Origin: a bacterium
GTDB lineage: Bacteria; Acidobacteriota; Polarisedimenticolia; Polarisedimenticolales; Polarisedimenticolaceae
Assembly: GCA_024226515.1 (NCBI GenBank)
Contig: JAAELQ010000057.1
Span: 12,723 to 76,722, forward strand
Reading direction: 5' to 3'
DNA: 64,000 bases
The position numbers and the translations under genes are program-made. Below, one piece after another: positions 42,202-51,634 of this stretch. Within the stretch, counting starts at the first letter, position 1; each line of letters starts with the position of its first letter. The notes below the pieces were generated by a model. The model saw only the letters and a list, made by a program, of their open reading frames with translations. It ran no database searches and was not told the origin of the DNA.

Positions 42202-42585
42202 TCACCTCGGACGGTCCACGTGCTGGTCGATCAGAATCGGGTTGCCGTCGGGATCGACGACGACCATGCTGGCCGGGCCGTCGCTCGAATCGTCGGCGCG
42301 CGTCTTGACCTCGACGCCGCGCTCGTCCAGCAGTGCCTGTAGATCGCGCACGTCGGTGAACGTCTTCGGGTGGTCGCCGTTCGCGCTCCAGCCCGGATTG
42401 AAGGTCAAGATGTTCCGCTCGAACATGCCCTGGAACAGCCCGATCGTGGACGTCCCGTTCTGCAGGATCAACCAGTTCTGGTCGGCCTGGCCGTGGATCA
42501 CCTCGAAGCCGAACTGCTCGTAGAACGAGCGCGACACGGCGAGGTCTTTCACGGTCAGGCTGATCGAGAAGGCACCCAGTTCCAT
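42202..42585 (-). CDS. VOC-family (glyoxalase/bleomycin-resistance fold) protein
   Basis: [29 protein letters not shown]...[23 protein letters not shown] lies 6 nt upstream. Confidence 0.85.
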   Translation of the reverse strand: MELGAFSISLTVKDLAVSRSFYEQFGFEVIHGQADQNWLILQNGTSTIGLFQGMFERNILTFNPGWSANGDHPKTFTDVRDLQALLDERGVEVKTRADDSSDGPASMVVVDPDGNPILIDQHVDRPR

Positions 42586-42623
42586 CGGATTCTCCCTTGC
42601 GTGCGTGGCGTATGCCGACCCGG

Positions 42624-43337
42624 CTATTTGAAGCTGGCGTTCTCCACGATGACGGCATAGCGATAGCCGGCGCCGAAGTCCTTGTCGACGGCCACGACGC
42701 CCTCGACGAGAACGGTCTCGCCGACCGCGGTCGTGGCGCTAGAGGTCACGGTGACGTCGTCGGTGCCGTCCTTCGTGTTGCCGGTCCCGTCCCGGAGGTG
42801 GATCCAGTTGCGACCCATGATGTTGGGGCTGTACTTCACGACCTTGCCGCGCAGCGTGACGGTCTTGCCGGCCAGGCTGTCCTTCTCGGCGTAGAGCTCG
42901 GAGATCGTCTTGCCGGCGGCGCCCTCGGCTCGCGTGACGTCGATCGACGCCGCGCCCATCCCGCCGTGCTGCGGCACGTGCGGGTTCGCCGCGCTCCGTT
43001 CCAGCGGAATCTCGGCCGCTCCGTCCGCGAGCGTCCCGAAGTAGATCGTCTCGAACGTCCGCTTCAGCGTCTTGCTGTTGAAGTTCGCCATCGCTTGCGG
43101 GTTCGCGATGACGACGCGGGATCCGATCTCGAGGCTCGCTTGCGGCACCGCCGCCCAGGCCTCGCCGTCGGACGTCTCGAAGCGCACGTAGGTGTAGCCG
43201 GCGGCGTCGAGCGTTTCCAGGACCTTGCCGGAGATCCGGTTCGATTCGGCCGCCGGGTCGGGGGGTGGGGTCGCGCCCGCCTGGATCGCGTATCCAAGGG
43301 CAAGGATCGCCAGAGCAACCGTCAACACTGAACGCAT
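42624..43337 (-). CDS. Secreted hypothetical protein with two OB-fold-like halves
   Basis: GGAGGA lies upstream. Signal peptide is [22 protein letters not shown]. It contains [28 protein letters not shown]... and [30 protein letters not shown]...[28 protein letters not shown]. The family name is not recognised with confidence. Confidence 0.55.
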   Translation of the reverse strand: MRSVLTVALAILALGYAIQAGATPPPDPAAESNRISGKVLETLDAAGYTYVRFETSDGEAWAAVPQASLEIGSRVVIANPQAMANFNSKTLKRTFETIYFGTLADGAAEIPLERSAANPHVPQHGGMGAASIDVTRAEGAAGKTISELYAEKDSLAGKTVTLRGKVVKYSPNIMGRNWIHLRDGTGNTKDGTDDVTVTSSATTAVGETVLVEGVVAVDKDFGAGYRYAVIVENASFK

Positions 43338-43443
43338 GTCATCCTCCGCTGGTTCGTGTGAGATACGGGCATGTTAGCGACGGGAGCCCGCGCCCGCAGC
43401 CCCGATCTCCGCGTCGCCGCCGATCCGGTAGAATCTCCGGTGG

Positions 43444-44352
43444 ATGGCCGATTCGACCTACGATCGCGTGCGTTTGCGCCTCTGCGTTCTGCTGCTGGCG
43501 GCGACGTGTCACTGCGCGACGAGCCGCGACTCGCCCGCGCCGCCGCCGAGCGTCGCGCAGCAGGAGCGGATCGCGATCGAGGCGCAGGACGTCCGCGGTA
43601 TCTCGGGGCTGGCCCGAGCGCCCGATGGGGCGCTGTGGGCGGTGGGGGAGCGCGACCGTGTTCTGCTCAAGCTTTCGGCCGCCGACGGGGTCACACTCTC
43701 ACGGCGAACGATCGAGGGCGTCGATAGGGGAGTCGACCTCGAATCGCTGGCCCGACTCTCCGAGACCTCGATCGCAGCCGGCACCGAGAGCCGTGAGCAC
43801 GGTCGAGCGGTCGACTTGATCTACTTCGTCGAGCTCGGGACCGACGACGCGCGCGTGACGCATCACATCGTGTTCCCGTATTCCCTGTGGGGCGTGTCGC
43901 CGAAGCGCAACGAGGGGGTCGAGGGGCTGTGCCATGCCGACTCGATCCTGCTCGCGGGGATCGAGACCGTCGTCGAACGAGACGGGGATCGACTCGCCGC
44001 CGTCGGGCGCTACGACGTCGACGCCGAGACCTGGACGCCGTTCTGGTTGCGGCTGACCAGCCCGGCCGGCAAGCTCTCCGCCCTGGATTGCAGGACCGAC
44101 GGCGACGAGCTCGAGGTCCTCGCGGTCGAACGCCATTTCGGTGTCACGCGGGTCCTGCGATTCTCCGTGCCGCGACGCGGGGCGATCGACGTTGTCGTGC
44201 CGACGGTCGCGCTGGACCTCACCCCGAACATCCTCCCCACCGACAATTTCGAGGGCGTCGTCCGGGTCGGCGACGATTCCGCGATGCTGGTTCTGGACAA
44301 TCAGTTCGGCTCGATCACGGGGCCGAACGTGCTGGTCCGCGTGTCATTCTGA
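43444..44352 (+). CDS. Putative lipoprotein, esterase-like-activity-of-phytase (beta-propeller) family
   Basis: Lipobox-like LLLAATC is present. Repeated NxEG-type motifs occur (KRNEGVEGLC, PTDNFEGVV), plus GISGLARAPDGALWAVGE. The start is uncertain: ATG at 43444 or GTG at 43468. Confidence 0.6.
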   Translation: MADSTYDRVRLRLCVLLLAATCHCATSRDSPAPPPSVAQQERIAIEAQDVRGISGLARAPDGALWAVGERDRVLLKLSAADGVTLSRRTIEGVDRGVDLESLARLSETSIAAGTESREHGRAVDLIYFVELGTDDARVTHHIVFPYSLWGVSPKRNEGVEGLCHADSILLAGIETVVERDGDRLAAVGRYDVDAETWTPFWLRLTSPAGKLSALDCRTDGDELEVLAVERHFGVTRVLRFSVPRRGAIDVVVPTVALDLTPNILPTDNFEGVVRVGDDSAMLVLDNQFGSITGPNVLVRVSF

Positions 44353-46056
44353 GCCGAGCGGAAGCCGGAACGCCGCGGCCTCCTCCGCGTTGCGCAGATA
44401 GACGACACCGTTCGCGACGATCGGGTGGTTCCAGGTCTTGCCGTCCAGCGCCTCGACCTTCGCGACCTCCTCGAGCCGCTCGGGTGTCGCGCGCAGCAGC
44501 ACCAGCTCTCCGCGCTCCGACAGCACGAGCAGCAAGTCTCGATCGGGCAGCAGCAGTAGCTGGCCGTTTCCGTAGCGTCCGCCCTTCCAGGCCCGTTCGC
44601 CCGTCTCGACGTCGATCGCGGCCATGATGTTGCGGTCGAAGCCGTAGGCGGTTCCGCGATGCACGACCAGATCGTTGAAGTGCGACTTCAACGCGCGCGA
44701 GGTCCACACCTCGTCCGTCGTCCACGCACCGGCGCCGTTCGACGCGAGAGAGATCCTGCGCGTGCCCTGGATGAAACTCGAGATCAGCATGCCCGTGCCG
44801 CCGTTCAGCAGCGCGGGTTGTGCGACGCGCTCCTCGCCGCCTCCGGCCGGCCAGTCGTGCATCCAGAGCGCCTCGCCCGTCGCCGGGTCGATCGCGAACA
44901 CACCCTCGCCCGTGATCATCACGACCTGCCGGACACCGTCGACCGTGACGAGGTGCGGCGAGCTGTAGCTCAGTCCGCCCGCGGTCCCGTACCAGCGCGG
45001 TTCTCCGGTGGCGACGTCGTAAGCCACGACCGAGCGACCGTCGCTCGCCTCGGGCGCGTGCACGATCGCCACGTCGTCGACGACCAGGGGCGAGCTGGCG
45101 AAGCCCCAGTTCGGCACCTCGGCGCCGCTGTCCTGCGCGAGATTGCGCGTCCAGCGCGGCTCGCCGGTCGCGGCGTCGAGACAGCTCAGGATGCCGGTGG
45201 CGCCCAGCGCGTACAGCCGTCCGTCGTGATAGGTCGGGGTCGAGCGCGGTCCCGCACCGCCCAGCGCCTCCCAGAACCGCCCCGGGTAGGTGTGCAGCCA
45301 GATCGGTGCGCCGCCGGCCGCGTCGTAGCAAACCACGGCCTCGTCCTCGTCGCGTTGTTCCTGCGTGCACAGGCGATCGCCGACGAGGACGAACGAGCTC
45401 CACGCCGGTCCGACGGGGCGACGCCAGATCTCCCGCGGTGGGTTCGTCTTCCAGTCCGTTCCGAGCGTGAGCCCGCGGACGATCCCGTCGCGCGCAGAAC
45501 CGCGGAATCCGGGCCACGCGGCCTCTGCGACGGTTTCGGCGTTCGCCGCCGTGTCGGGCACCGCGCTGGCGTCCGAAGCCAGGAACCGATCCTCTGCGGT
45601 GGAACTCCAGCGCCAGGCGTAATCGTTGTCCATCGAGCCCCGCACGCCGTTCGTGCGCACGAGGGTCCAGCCGAGGCTGGCGATCAGGATCGCCGCGACC
45701 GTCACGACGCGTCGATCGAAGAATAACGAGGCGACGAACACCGCGCACAGCCACGGGACGCCGGGCAGCAGCGCGACCCACCTGGCCGACGGGTCGGCGA
45801 GGAACACGGCGGCCGTGTGCGCAACGATCATCAGCAGCAGGGCGCCTATCCGTTCACTCCATCGCGCGCGGCTGAAGAACAGCCACCAGAGCAACAGCAG
45901 CAACGTGCCGATCGTGAGCGAGCCCAGCATCGCGTAGAACATCGCCGGGCTGGCGGGTGCGATCCAGGCCGGGACGTACAGCGTCGCGAGCTGCAGGACC
46001 GCGACGAGCACCCCGGGCCATAACCGCAGGGGCTTCGTCCTGTCCGAGCCGCTCAT
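44344..46056 (-). CDS. Membrane-anchored PQQ-like/BamB-like beta-propeller repeat protein
   Basis: Four N-terminal TM helices (LWPGVLVAVLQLATLYV, MFYAMLGSLTIGTLLLLLWWLFF, ...) are followed by repeated ...G.L.A.D..TGE..W propeller blades (LDAATGEPRWT, YDVATGEPRWY, IDPATGEALWM, IDVETGERAWK). The ATG at 46056 is preferred; the track GTG at 46107 is possible. Confidence 0.8.
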   Translation of the reverse strand: MSGSDRTKPLRLWPGVLVAVLQLATLYVPAWIAPASPAMFYAMLGSLTIGTLLLLLWWLFFSRARWSERIGALLLMIVAHTAAVFLADPSARWVALLPGVPWLCAVFVASLFFDRRVVTVAAILIASLGWTLVRTNGVRGSMDNDYAWRWSSTAEDRFLASDASAVPDTAANAETVAEAAWPGFRGSARDGIVRGLTLGTDWKTNPPREIWRRPVGPAWSSFVLVGDRLCTQEQRDEDEAVVCYDAAGGAPIWLHTYPGRFWEALGGAGPRSTPTYHDGRLYALGATGILSCLDAATGEPRWTRNLAQDSGAEVPNWGFASSPLVVDDVAIVHAPEASDGRSVVAYDVATGEPRWYGTAGGLSYSSPHLVTVDGVRQVVMITGEGVFAIDPATGEALWMHDWPAGGGEERVAQPALLNGGTGMLISSFIQGTRRISLASNGAGAWTTDEVWTSRALKSHFNDLVVHRGTAYGFDRNIMAAIDVETGERAWKGGRYGNGQLLLLPDRDLLLVLSERGELVLLRATPERLEEVAKVEALDGKTWNHPIVANGVVYLRNAEEAAAFRLPLGSE

Positions 46057-46160
46057 TGCGACGGCCCGGAGCACAGGACGAGAAGCAGGTCGGCGGCGCG
46101 ATCGCACAGCGGCTCGCCGGTCCGCACGTTCAGCTCGAGGTCGTAGAAACGGACTCTCAT
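46053..46160 (-). CDS. Candidate 35-codon upstream small ORF translationally coupled to the propeller gene
   Basis: It is not in the track (below 60 aa). The ATG at 46160 lies 6 nt after AAGGAA (46172-46167). The translation is MRVRFYDLELNVRTGEPLCDRAADLLLVLCSGPSQ*. Its TGA (46055-46053) overlaps the ATG at 46056 (ATGA). No homology evidence is available. Confidence 0.25.
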   Translation of the reverse strand: MRVRFYDLELNVRTGEPLCDRAADLLLVLCSGPSQ

Positions 46161-46185
46161 GGACGGTTCCTTCACGTTCAGGGTG

Positions 46186-47061
46186 TCAGAGCAGCAGTTC
46201 CATCTCGAACTGCGCGACGTTGGATTCGAAGCCCAGTCCGAGCAGCAGGTCGCGCATGCCGCTGTCCGTATCGGGCACGTTGACGAGCTTGACCGCGTCG
46301 CTCACTTCGGGAACGCGCGCCAGCAGGTGTCGCAACAGCGACGACCCGACGCCGCGCCGCCGGTGATGTCGCGCCACGACGAGATTGAGGATCCAGTTCT
46401 GCAGCGGGTAGTACACGGCCGTCCCGACTAGCTCGTCGCCGGCGAAAGCGCCGTAGGCCTGCACCGTGACCGGGATTCTCAGGACACCCGCCGGCGAGTT
46501 CTCCCACGAAGGTTGCCAGTCGAGGTGCTCGGCGAGCTCGAGGATCCGTCCGCGATCGATCTTCTCGATCCGGACTCCGCCGTCCCTGCGGCCGGTGCGC
46601 TGTCGCTCCAGCGCAGCCGCCGGCAACTCGAAGCAGTCGAAGCGGCGCGTGACGTCGAAGCCGACCCGGCGGTAGGCCTTGATCGCCGGCTCGTTGACCG
46701 TCAACACCTCGAGCAGGAAACGGACGATGCCGCGTTCGCGCAGGCGCGGTAGCGCGAACTCGAACATGCGCCGCGCGAGACCCTGTCCCCGATAATCCGG
46801 CAGGATGCCGGTGGCTGCGTCGAACGCGCTGCGCTCGCCCTGCCAGTCGTCGATGCCGGTCAGCGAGATGGCGACGAGTCGATCGCCGTCGAAGGCGCCC
46901 ACCGAGCAGTCGGCGGCGTAGGCGTTCTTCGTCAGGCGTGCGCCGAGGCGCTGCTCGGCCAGCCGGCCCACGGGAAGGTAGTAGTCGGCGAAGGCCGCGC
47001 GGAACGCGTCGCTGATGTCCGCCAGGGGAGTGTCGGTCAGGAAGTCGAGACGCAGGCTCAT
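46186..47061 (-). CDS. GNAT-family N-acetyltransferase (two acetyltransferase-like halves)
   Basis: The ATG at 47061 gives MSLRLDFLTD.... Acetyl-CoA-binding motifs are present (YRGQGLARRMF, HHRRRGVGSSLL). The track start at 47193 adds a non-homologous 44-aa extension. Confidence 0.8.
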   Translation of the reverse strand: MSLRLDFLTDTPLADISDAFRAAFADYYLPVGRLAEQRLGARLTKNAYAADCSVGAFDGDRLVAISLTGIDDWQGERSAFDAATGILPDYRGQGLARRMFEFALPRLRERGIVRFLLEVLTVNEPAIKAYRRVGFDVTRRFDCFELPAAALERQRTGRRDGGVRIEKIDRGRILELAEHLDWQPSWENSPAGVLRIPVTVQAYGAFAGDELVGTAVYYPLQNWILNLVVARHHRRRGVGSSLLRHLLARVPEVSDAVKLVNVPDTDSGMRDLLLGLGFESNVAQFEMELLL

Positions 47062-47144
47062 GTCGGGTTCACTCGTCGGATCGCAGCCGGGCCATCCGGT
47101 TGTCGTCGAGCACGAGAGTGGACGGCTCGTTCCCGGACCGGCTC

Positions 47145-48890
47145 CTAGGCGACTTCGTCTCGCTTGACGGCCGAGGGAATCAGCACGCGGCACAGGCGCT
47201 TGGTGAAGTAATAGATTCGCTTGAAGTTCTCGAGGATGTTCATCTCCATCGAGTACGTTTCCTCGCGGTTCGGAGCGTCGGCCACCAGCCGCTCGGCACC
47301 GTGCAATGCTGCGGCGTCCGCCAGGCGGTTGACGTCACGCTTCATCGCGATGACGACCTCCGCCGCCTCCTGGTTCTTCTGGGTCACCGCCAGCAATGCC
47401 GAGTCGAGCGCCCGGAGCACCGTGGAGTGGAACTCGTGGATCACCTTCTGCGTCTGGGGACTGATCTGCAGCCCGACGTCGATGCGGCGGTTTCCGAGCG
47501 TGACCAGGTTGGTCTCGACGATGTCCCCGATGTTCTCCAGGTCGTTGGTCGAGGCCATGAGCTGGATGAACTCATCGGTTTCCTTCTCGGTGAGCTTGAC
47601 CTGGCTGATTCCGCCAAGGTACGAGACGATCCGCCCGTGCAGGGTGTCGACGGCATCGTCCATCTTGGCGACCTGTTCGAGCTCCTCGCGGGTGCCCGAG
47701 AGCACCGCGGGCAGGATCGCAACCAGCATCTCCTTCACCCGATCGCCCAGATGGAGGATCTCGAGTCGCACACGGTCCAGCGCCAACGACGGCGTGCTGA
47801 GGAGCTCCTGGTCCAGGTACTTCGCACGCACGGCCTCTTCCTCGTCGATCGGCCGATCCGCGACGATCCGTTCCGCCAGCCAGGCGAACTGGCTCGAGAA
47901 TCCGATGAACAGGATCGTGTTGGCCACGTTGAAGATGGTATGGCTGTTCGCGATCTGCCGCGGCGTCTCGGCCGCCAGCTTGGCGGCGCCGCTCAACCCC
48001 TCCGCCGCCGGCGAAATCCACGACACCATCTGGGCCAGATAGCCAATGAAGGGCAGCCACACGAGGACACCGGCGACGTTGAACAGGATGTGGACCAGCG
48101 CGGCGCGCAGCGCCTCTCGCGGTTTGCCGATCGCGGCGAGCAGGGCGGTGACGCAGGTGCCGATGTTGGAGCCGAAGATCAGGGCGATGCCCGCAGGCAG
48201 GGTGATGAACCCCTGGCTGGCGAGCACGATCACGATGCCGGTCGTCGCCGAGGACGATTGGACGAGCGCGGTGAATGCCGCCCCGGCCAGAATGCCGACG
48301 GCCGGATGCTCCATACGGATCATCAGATCCAGGAACGGCGGGTAGTCGCGCAGGGGCTCCATCGCGTCGCCCATCACGGTCATGCCGAAGAACACGAGTC
48401 CGAGGCCCATCAGCCCGGCTCCCCGCTGGCGGGTGCGCTCCTGCTTGCCGACGAACAGCATGGCGAAGCCCACCGCAACCATGAGCAGGGCGTACTTGGT
48501 GATCTTGAAGGCGATGATCTGGGCCGTGATCGTGGTGCCGATGTTGGCGCCCATGATGACGCCGATGGATTGCGCCAACGACATCAGGCCCGCGGTGATG
48601 AAGCCGACGACCAGGACCGTGGTCACCGACGACGACTGGATCACCGCGGTGACGAAGGCTCCGGTGATGGCAGCCATCAGTCGGTTTCGCGTGAGCTTGC
48701 CCAGAATGTCCTTCATGCGCTCGCCGGCACTGGCCTTGAGCGCGTCGGACATCTTGTCCATGCCGTACAGGAAGATCGCGAGGCCGCCGAACAGGCTGAT
48801 CACGATCGCGAACGGTCTCAGAGGAGCTATCGCGGAGCTGTCGCTCGCGGCCGCCACCGTCGATGCGCCGACTGCCAACAATGAGTCCAT
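47145..48890 (-). CDS. Na/Pi-cotransporter family protein with C-terminal PhoU-like domain
   Basis: The ATG at 48890 follows AAGGA. FLYGMDKMSDALK...AVIQSSSVTTVLVVGF and the second-half motif ALVQSSSATTGIVI are present. The C-terminal helical PhoU repeats read ...ASTNDLENIGD.... Confidence 0.9.
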   Translation of the reverse strand: MDSLLAVGASTVAAASDSSAIAPLRPFAIVISLFGGLAIFLYGMDKMSDALKASAGERMKDILGKLTRNRLMAAITGAFVTAVIQSSSVTTVLVVGFITAGLMSLAQSIGVIMGANIGTTITAQIIAFKITKYALLMVAVGFAMLFVGKQERTRQRGAGLMGLGLVFFGMTVMGDAMEPLRDYPPFLDLMIRMEHPAVGILAGAAFTALVQSSSATTGIVIVLASQGFITLPAGIALIFGSNIGTCVTALLAAIGKPREALRAALVHILFNVAGVLVWLPFIGYLAQMVSWISPAAEGLSGAAKLAAETPRQIANSHTIFNVANTILFIGFSSQFAWLAERIVADRPIDEEEAVRAKYLDQELLSTPSLALDRVRLEILHLGDRVKEMLVAILPAVLSGTREELEQVAKMDDAVDTLHGRIVSYLGGISQVKLTEKETDEFIQLMASTNDLENIGDIVETNLVTLGNRRIDVGLQISPQTQKVIHEFHSTVLRALDSALLAVTQKNQEAAEVVIAMKRDVNRLADAAALHGAERLVADAPNREETYSMEMNILENFKRIYYFTKRLCRVLIPSAVKRDEVA

Positions 48891-49100
48891 TGAGGTCCTT
48901 TGCGAAAAGAGACCCGGAGTCCACAAAGCTCGCTGCCGTCACGGACTCGAGTTCTCCAGTAGTCTACAATGCCATCGCGAATTCGGATTTGATCTCGGCG
49001 ATTTTTTGGTCCGACTCTTCGCTTGACGGTCGGCGACACGCCTTCGGGCCGCCGCGGCATGCGGAGAGGTTCCTACCCGGCAATGGGTGACGAGGGTGCG

Positions 49101-49592
49101 ATGCCGGACAAGAAGCGCAAGAGAATCGGTCCGGTCCTGGTGGCCGTCGACTTCTCGGAATCCTCTGCGAATGCCTTGCTCTGGGGCGCGCGCGCGGCGG
49201 ACGCCTTCGGTGCGCCGCTGCTCGCCGTTCATGTCGTGCACGATCCCGGCTCGACACCGGGCTACTACCAGCACGTGAGGAAGGCGAAGAAGCACATCCA
49301 CCGGATCGAAGAGGCGGCGGAAGAGATGATGGCCGATTTCGTCAAGAGGGTCCGCTCGAAGCATCCGAAGCTGGCGGCGCTGAAGGCGATGGAGATCCGG
49401 CTGGTCGTCGGCCTGCCCGTCAATCGCATTCTGGAGATCGCGAAGAGACGCGCCGCCCGCCAGATCGTGGTCGGTAGCCGTGGGCGGAGCGGGCTGCCCG
49501 CGCTGTTGATCGGTTCGAAGGCGTTGAAAGTGGCGCAACTGGCGCCGATGCCCGTGACGATCGTCAAGGGTCGGGAATGGGGACCAAAGTAG
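49101..49592 (+). CDS. Universal stress protein (UspA family)
   Basis: The ATG at 49101 follows GAGGG. ILVAVDFSESS... and the C-terminal ATP-binding motif VVGSRGRSGLPALLIGSKALKVAQLAPMPV are present. Confidence 0.85.
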   Translation: MPDKKRKRIGPVLVAVDFSESSANALLWGARAADAFGAPLLAVHVVHDPGSTPGYYQHVRKAKKHIHRIEEAAEEMMADFVKRVRSKHPKLAALKAMEIRLVVGLPVNRILEIAKRRAARQIVVGSRGRSGLPALLIGSKALKVAQLAPMPVTIVKGREWGPK

Positions 49593-49708
49593 TCCACCAG
49601 TCACACGGTATCGTCGCTATTTTGGATCTCCTGCAGGATTTTCTGCACGGTTCCGGCAGAGGACCCAACTTCCACAGATGCTCGAGACCGCCCCACAGGG
49701 TCTGATCC

Positions 49709-49727
49709 GATCGCTGATTCAGCGATC
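49709..49727. promoter_or_regulatory. 19-bp palindrome (9-bp perfect arms) 13 nt upstream of the mgtE start codon
   Basis: GATCGCTGA-T-TCAGCGATC lies where an SD sequence would be expected, and none is visible. It is a candidate operator or translation-occluding hairpin. Confidence 0.35.
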
Positions 49728-49739
49728 CCCATCGGCCGC

Positions 49740-51128
49740 ATGACCTTCGATCGCCGCCAGGCCGTGATCCTCGAGTCGGTGCGCCGATTCCTGCGCCGTT
49801 CCGCGCCCGGTCACCTCGTCAAGCTGATGAGCAAGATCCGGCCCGCCGATTTCCCTCCGATCTACGAGCGGCTGATCGAGCGCGAGCGGCTCCAGATCTT
49901 CCGCACGTTGGCGGATCGCGATCCGGAGCGCGGTGCCCAGTTTCTCGTCGAGCTGCCCACGGGCGAGGGGCCGGTGGTGTTGCGAGCGTTGGAGGCGCGT
50001 CAAGCGGCGGCGTTGCTGGATCTCTGCGCGGACGACGACGCCGCCGAGCTGCTGGCGGGACTCGAGGACGACGAGGCGCAGGCGATTCTCAAGGCGATGG
50101 AGCCCGAGGAAAAGCGGGCGGTCGAGCAGCTGCTGAGTTACGAGGAAGAGACCGCCGGGCGCATCATGACCCCGGACGTCATGTCGCTGAGCGAGGACAC
50201 CACGGTCGAGGATGCGATCTCGGCCCTGCAGACGGGGGCGGACGTGGAGGTGGCGTTCTACCTCTACGTCGTCGACGCACGACAGCACCTGGTCGGGGTC
50301 CTGTCGTTGCGCGAGTTGCTGTTGCATCCACCCGGGACCCGGCTCGGCCAGTTCATGAACACCGACCTGATCACCGTGCGCGCGGACGCCGATCAGGAGG
50401 TCGCGGCCCAGATGGCCGCCAAGTACGACCTGCTGGGCTTGCCGGTGGTCGACGATCAGGGGCGTCTGGTCGGGATGGTGACGATCGACGACGTGGTCGA
50501 CGTGCTGCGCCAGGAGGCCACCGAGGACATCTTCAAGATGGCCGGTACCTCCGAGGAAGAGCGTATCGAGCCCTCGATCCTCAAGTCGGCCAGGATTCGT
50601 TCGCCATGGCTGCTGGCCACGTTCCTCGGCGGCGTGGTTGCGTCATTCGTCATCGGCAGCCACGACGAGTCGCTCAGCGCGATCTGGGGGCTGGCGGCCT
50701 TTCTGCCCATCGTGCTGGGGATGGGAGGTTCGGCGGGCAACCAGTCGGCAACGGTGATCATCCGCGGGCTGGCCACCGGACGGATTCAGGAAGGAGCGTT
50801 CGCCAGAACGTTCTGGCGCGAGGTCGGAGTGGCCGGCTTGCTCGGCATTCTCTACGGCGTTCTGGTTGGGTTCTTCTGCTACGGGCTGCTGCTCTTCCGC
50901 GGCGGCGAATCGGCCACCGCGACCGGCCTGTGGTATCCGGTCGTGATCGGCGCGGCCCTCGGGGGGTCGATGCTGCTGGCAACGACCGTGGGGGCGATGT
51001 TCCCGCTGCTGCTCGCGCGCTGGAAGATCGATCCCGCCGTCGCGACGACGCCCTTCGTCACCACCGCCACCGATGTCCTGGGTTCGCTGATCTACGTGTT
51101 CCTGATCAGTTGGTTGCTCTTCAGGTGA
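49740..51128 (+). CDS. mgtE: Magnesium transporter MgtE
   Basis: 462 aa with an N-domain, tandem CBS domains (TPDVMSLSEDTTVEDAI..., GLPVVDDQGRLVGMVTIDDVVDVL) and a five-helix TM domain with the GMGGSAGNQSAT motif. Confidence 0.92.
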   Translation: MTFDRRQAVILESVRRFLRRSAPGHLVKLMSKIRPADFPPIYERLIERERLQIFRTLADRDPERGAQFLVELPTGEGPVVLRALEARQAAALLDLCADDDAAELLAGLEDDEAQAILKAMEPEEKRAVEQLLSYEEETAGRIMTPDVMSLSEDTTVEDAISALQTGADVEVAFYLYVVDARQHLVGVLSLRELLLHPPGTRLGQFMNTDLITVRADADQEVAAQMAAKYDLLGLPVVDDQGRLVGMVTIDDVVDVLRQEATEDIFKMAGTSEEERIEPSILKSARIRSPWLLATFLGGVVASFVIGSHDESLSAIWGLAAFLPIVLGMGGSAGNQSATVIIRGLATGRIQEGAFARTFWREVGVAGLLGILYGVLVGFFCYGLLLFRGGESATATGLWYPVVIGAALGGSMLLATTVGAMFPLLLARWKIDPAVATTPFVTTATDVLGSLIYVFLISWLLFR

Positions 51129-51152
51129 CCGCGGAGCGCGAGGAGGACGATC

Positions 51153-51632
51153 GTGCGCAAGAGAAACCTGTTCGCCCTGGCCCTGCTGGCTCCCGCTCTT
51201 CTTTCCGGATGCGTGGGGACGGGTCACGAAGAACCCCAGGTGGAAGAGCCGGAGTACTTCCTGTTGCGACCCGAGGTCGAGAAGGCTTACGGCTACTCCC
51301 ACGCCGTCCGGATCGGCGACGAGATCAAGATCTCGGGCGCGGTGAGCATGGACGATCAGGCCAACCCGACCGCGGTCGGTGACCTCGAGCAGCAGATGAA
51401 GAACGCCTACTCCGACCTGGAGCAGGTGCTGGCGCACTACGGCTGTACTTTCGACGACGTCGTCGTCGAGAACGTCTACACGACCGACATGGCGAAGTTC
51501 CTCGAGGTCGCCGCCTATCGCAGCACGATCTACACCAAGAACTTCCCCGCCGGAAGCTGGGCCGAGGTCAAGGGTCTCGCGCTGCCCGAGTTCATGATCG
51601 AGATCGAGCTCGAGGCGTACAAGCCGCGGTAG
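51153..51632 (+). CDS. RidA/YjgF/L-PSP-family lipoprotein
   Basis: The GTG at 51153 lies 6 nt after AGGAGG. The lipobox is LLSGC. YSHAVRIGDEIKISGAVS... and the C-terminal ...MIEIELEAYK are typical of the RidA fold. Confidence 0.85.
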   Translation: MRKRNLFALALLAPALLSGCVGTGHEEPQVEEPEYFLLRPEVEKAYGYSHAVRIGDEIKISGAVSMDDQANPTAVGDLEQQMKNAYSDLEQVLAHYGCTFDDVVVENVYTTDMAKFLEVAAYRSTIYTKNFPAGSWAEVKGLALPEFMIEIELEAYKPR

Positions 51633-51634
51633 AG

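Noticed and set aside
49593-49739. M-box (ykoK) Mg2+ riboswitch upstream of mgtE
   Set aside because: The leader is only 147 nt, and I could not find the conserved M-box helices or loops. Only a simple 19-bp palindrome is present, and that is reported separately.
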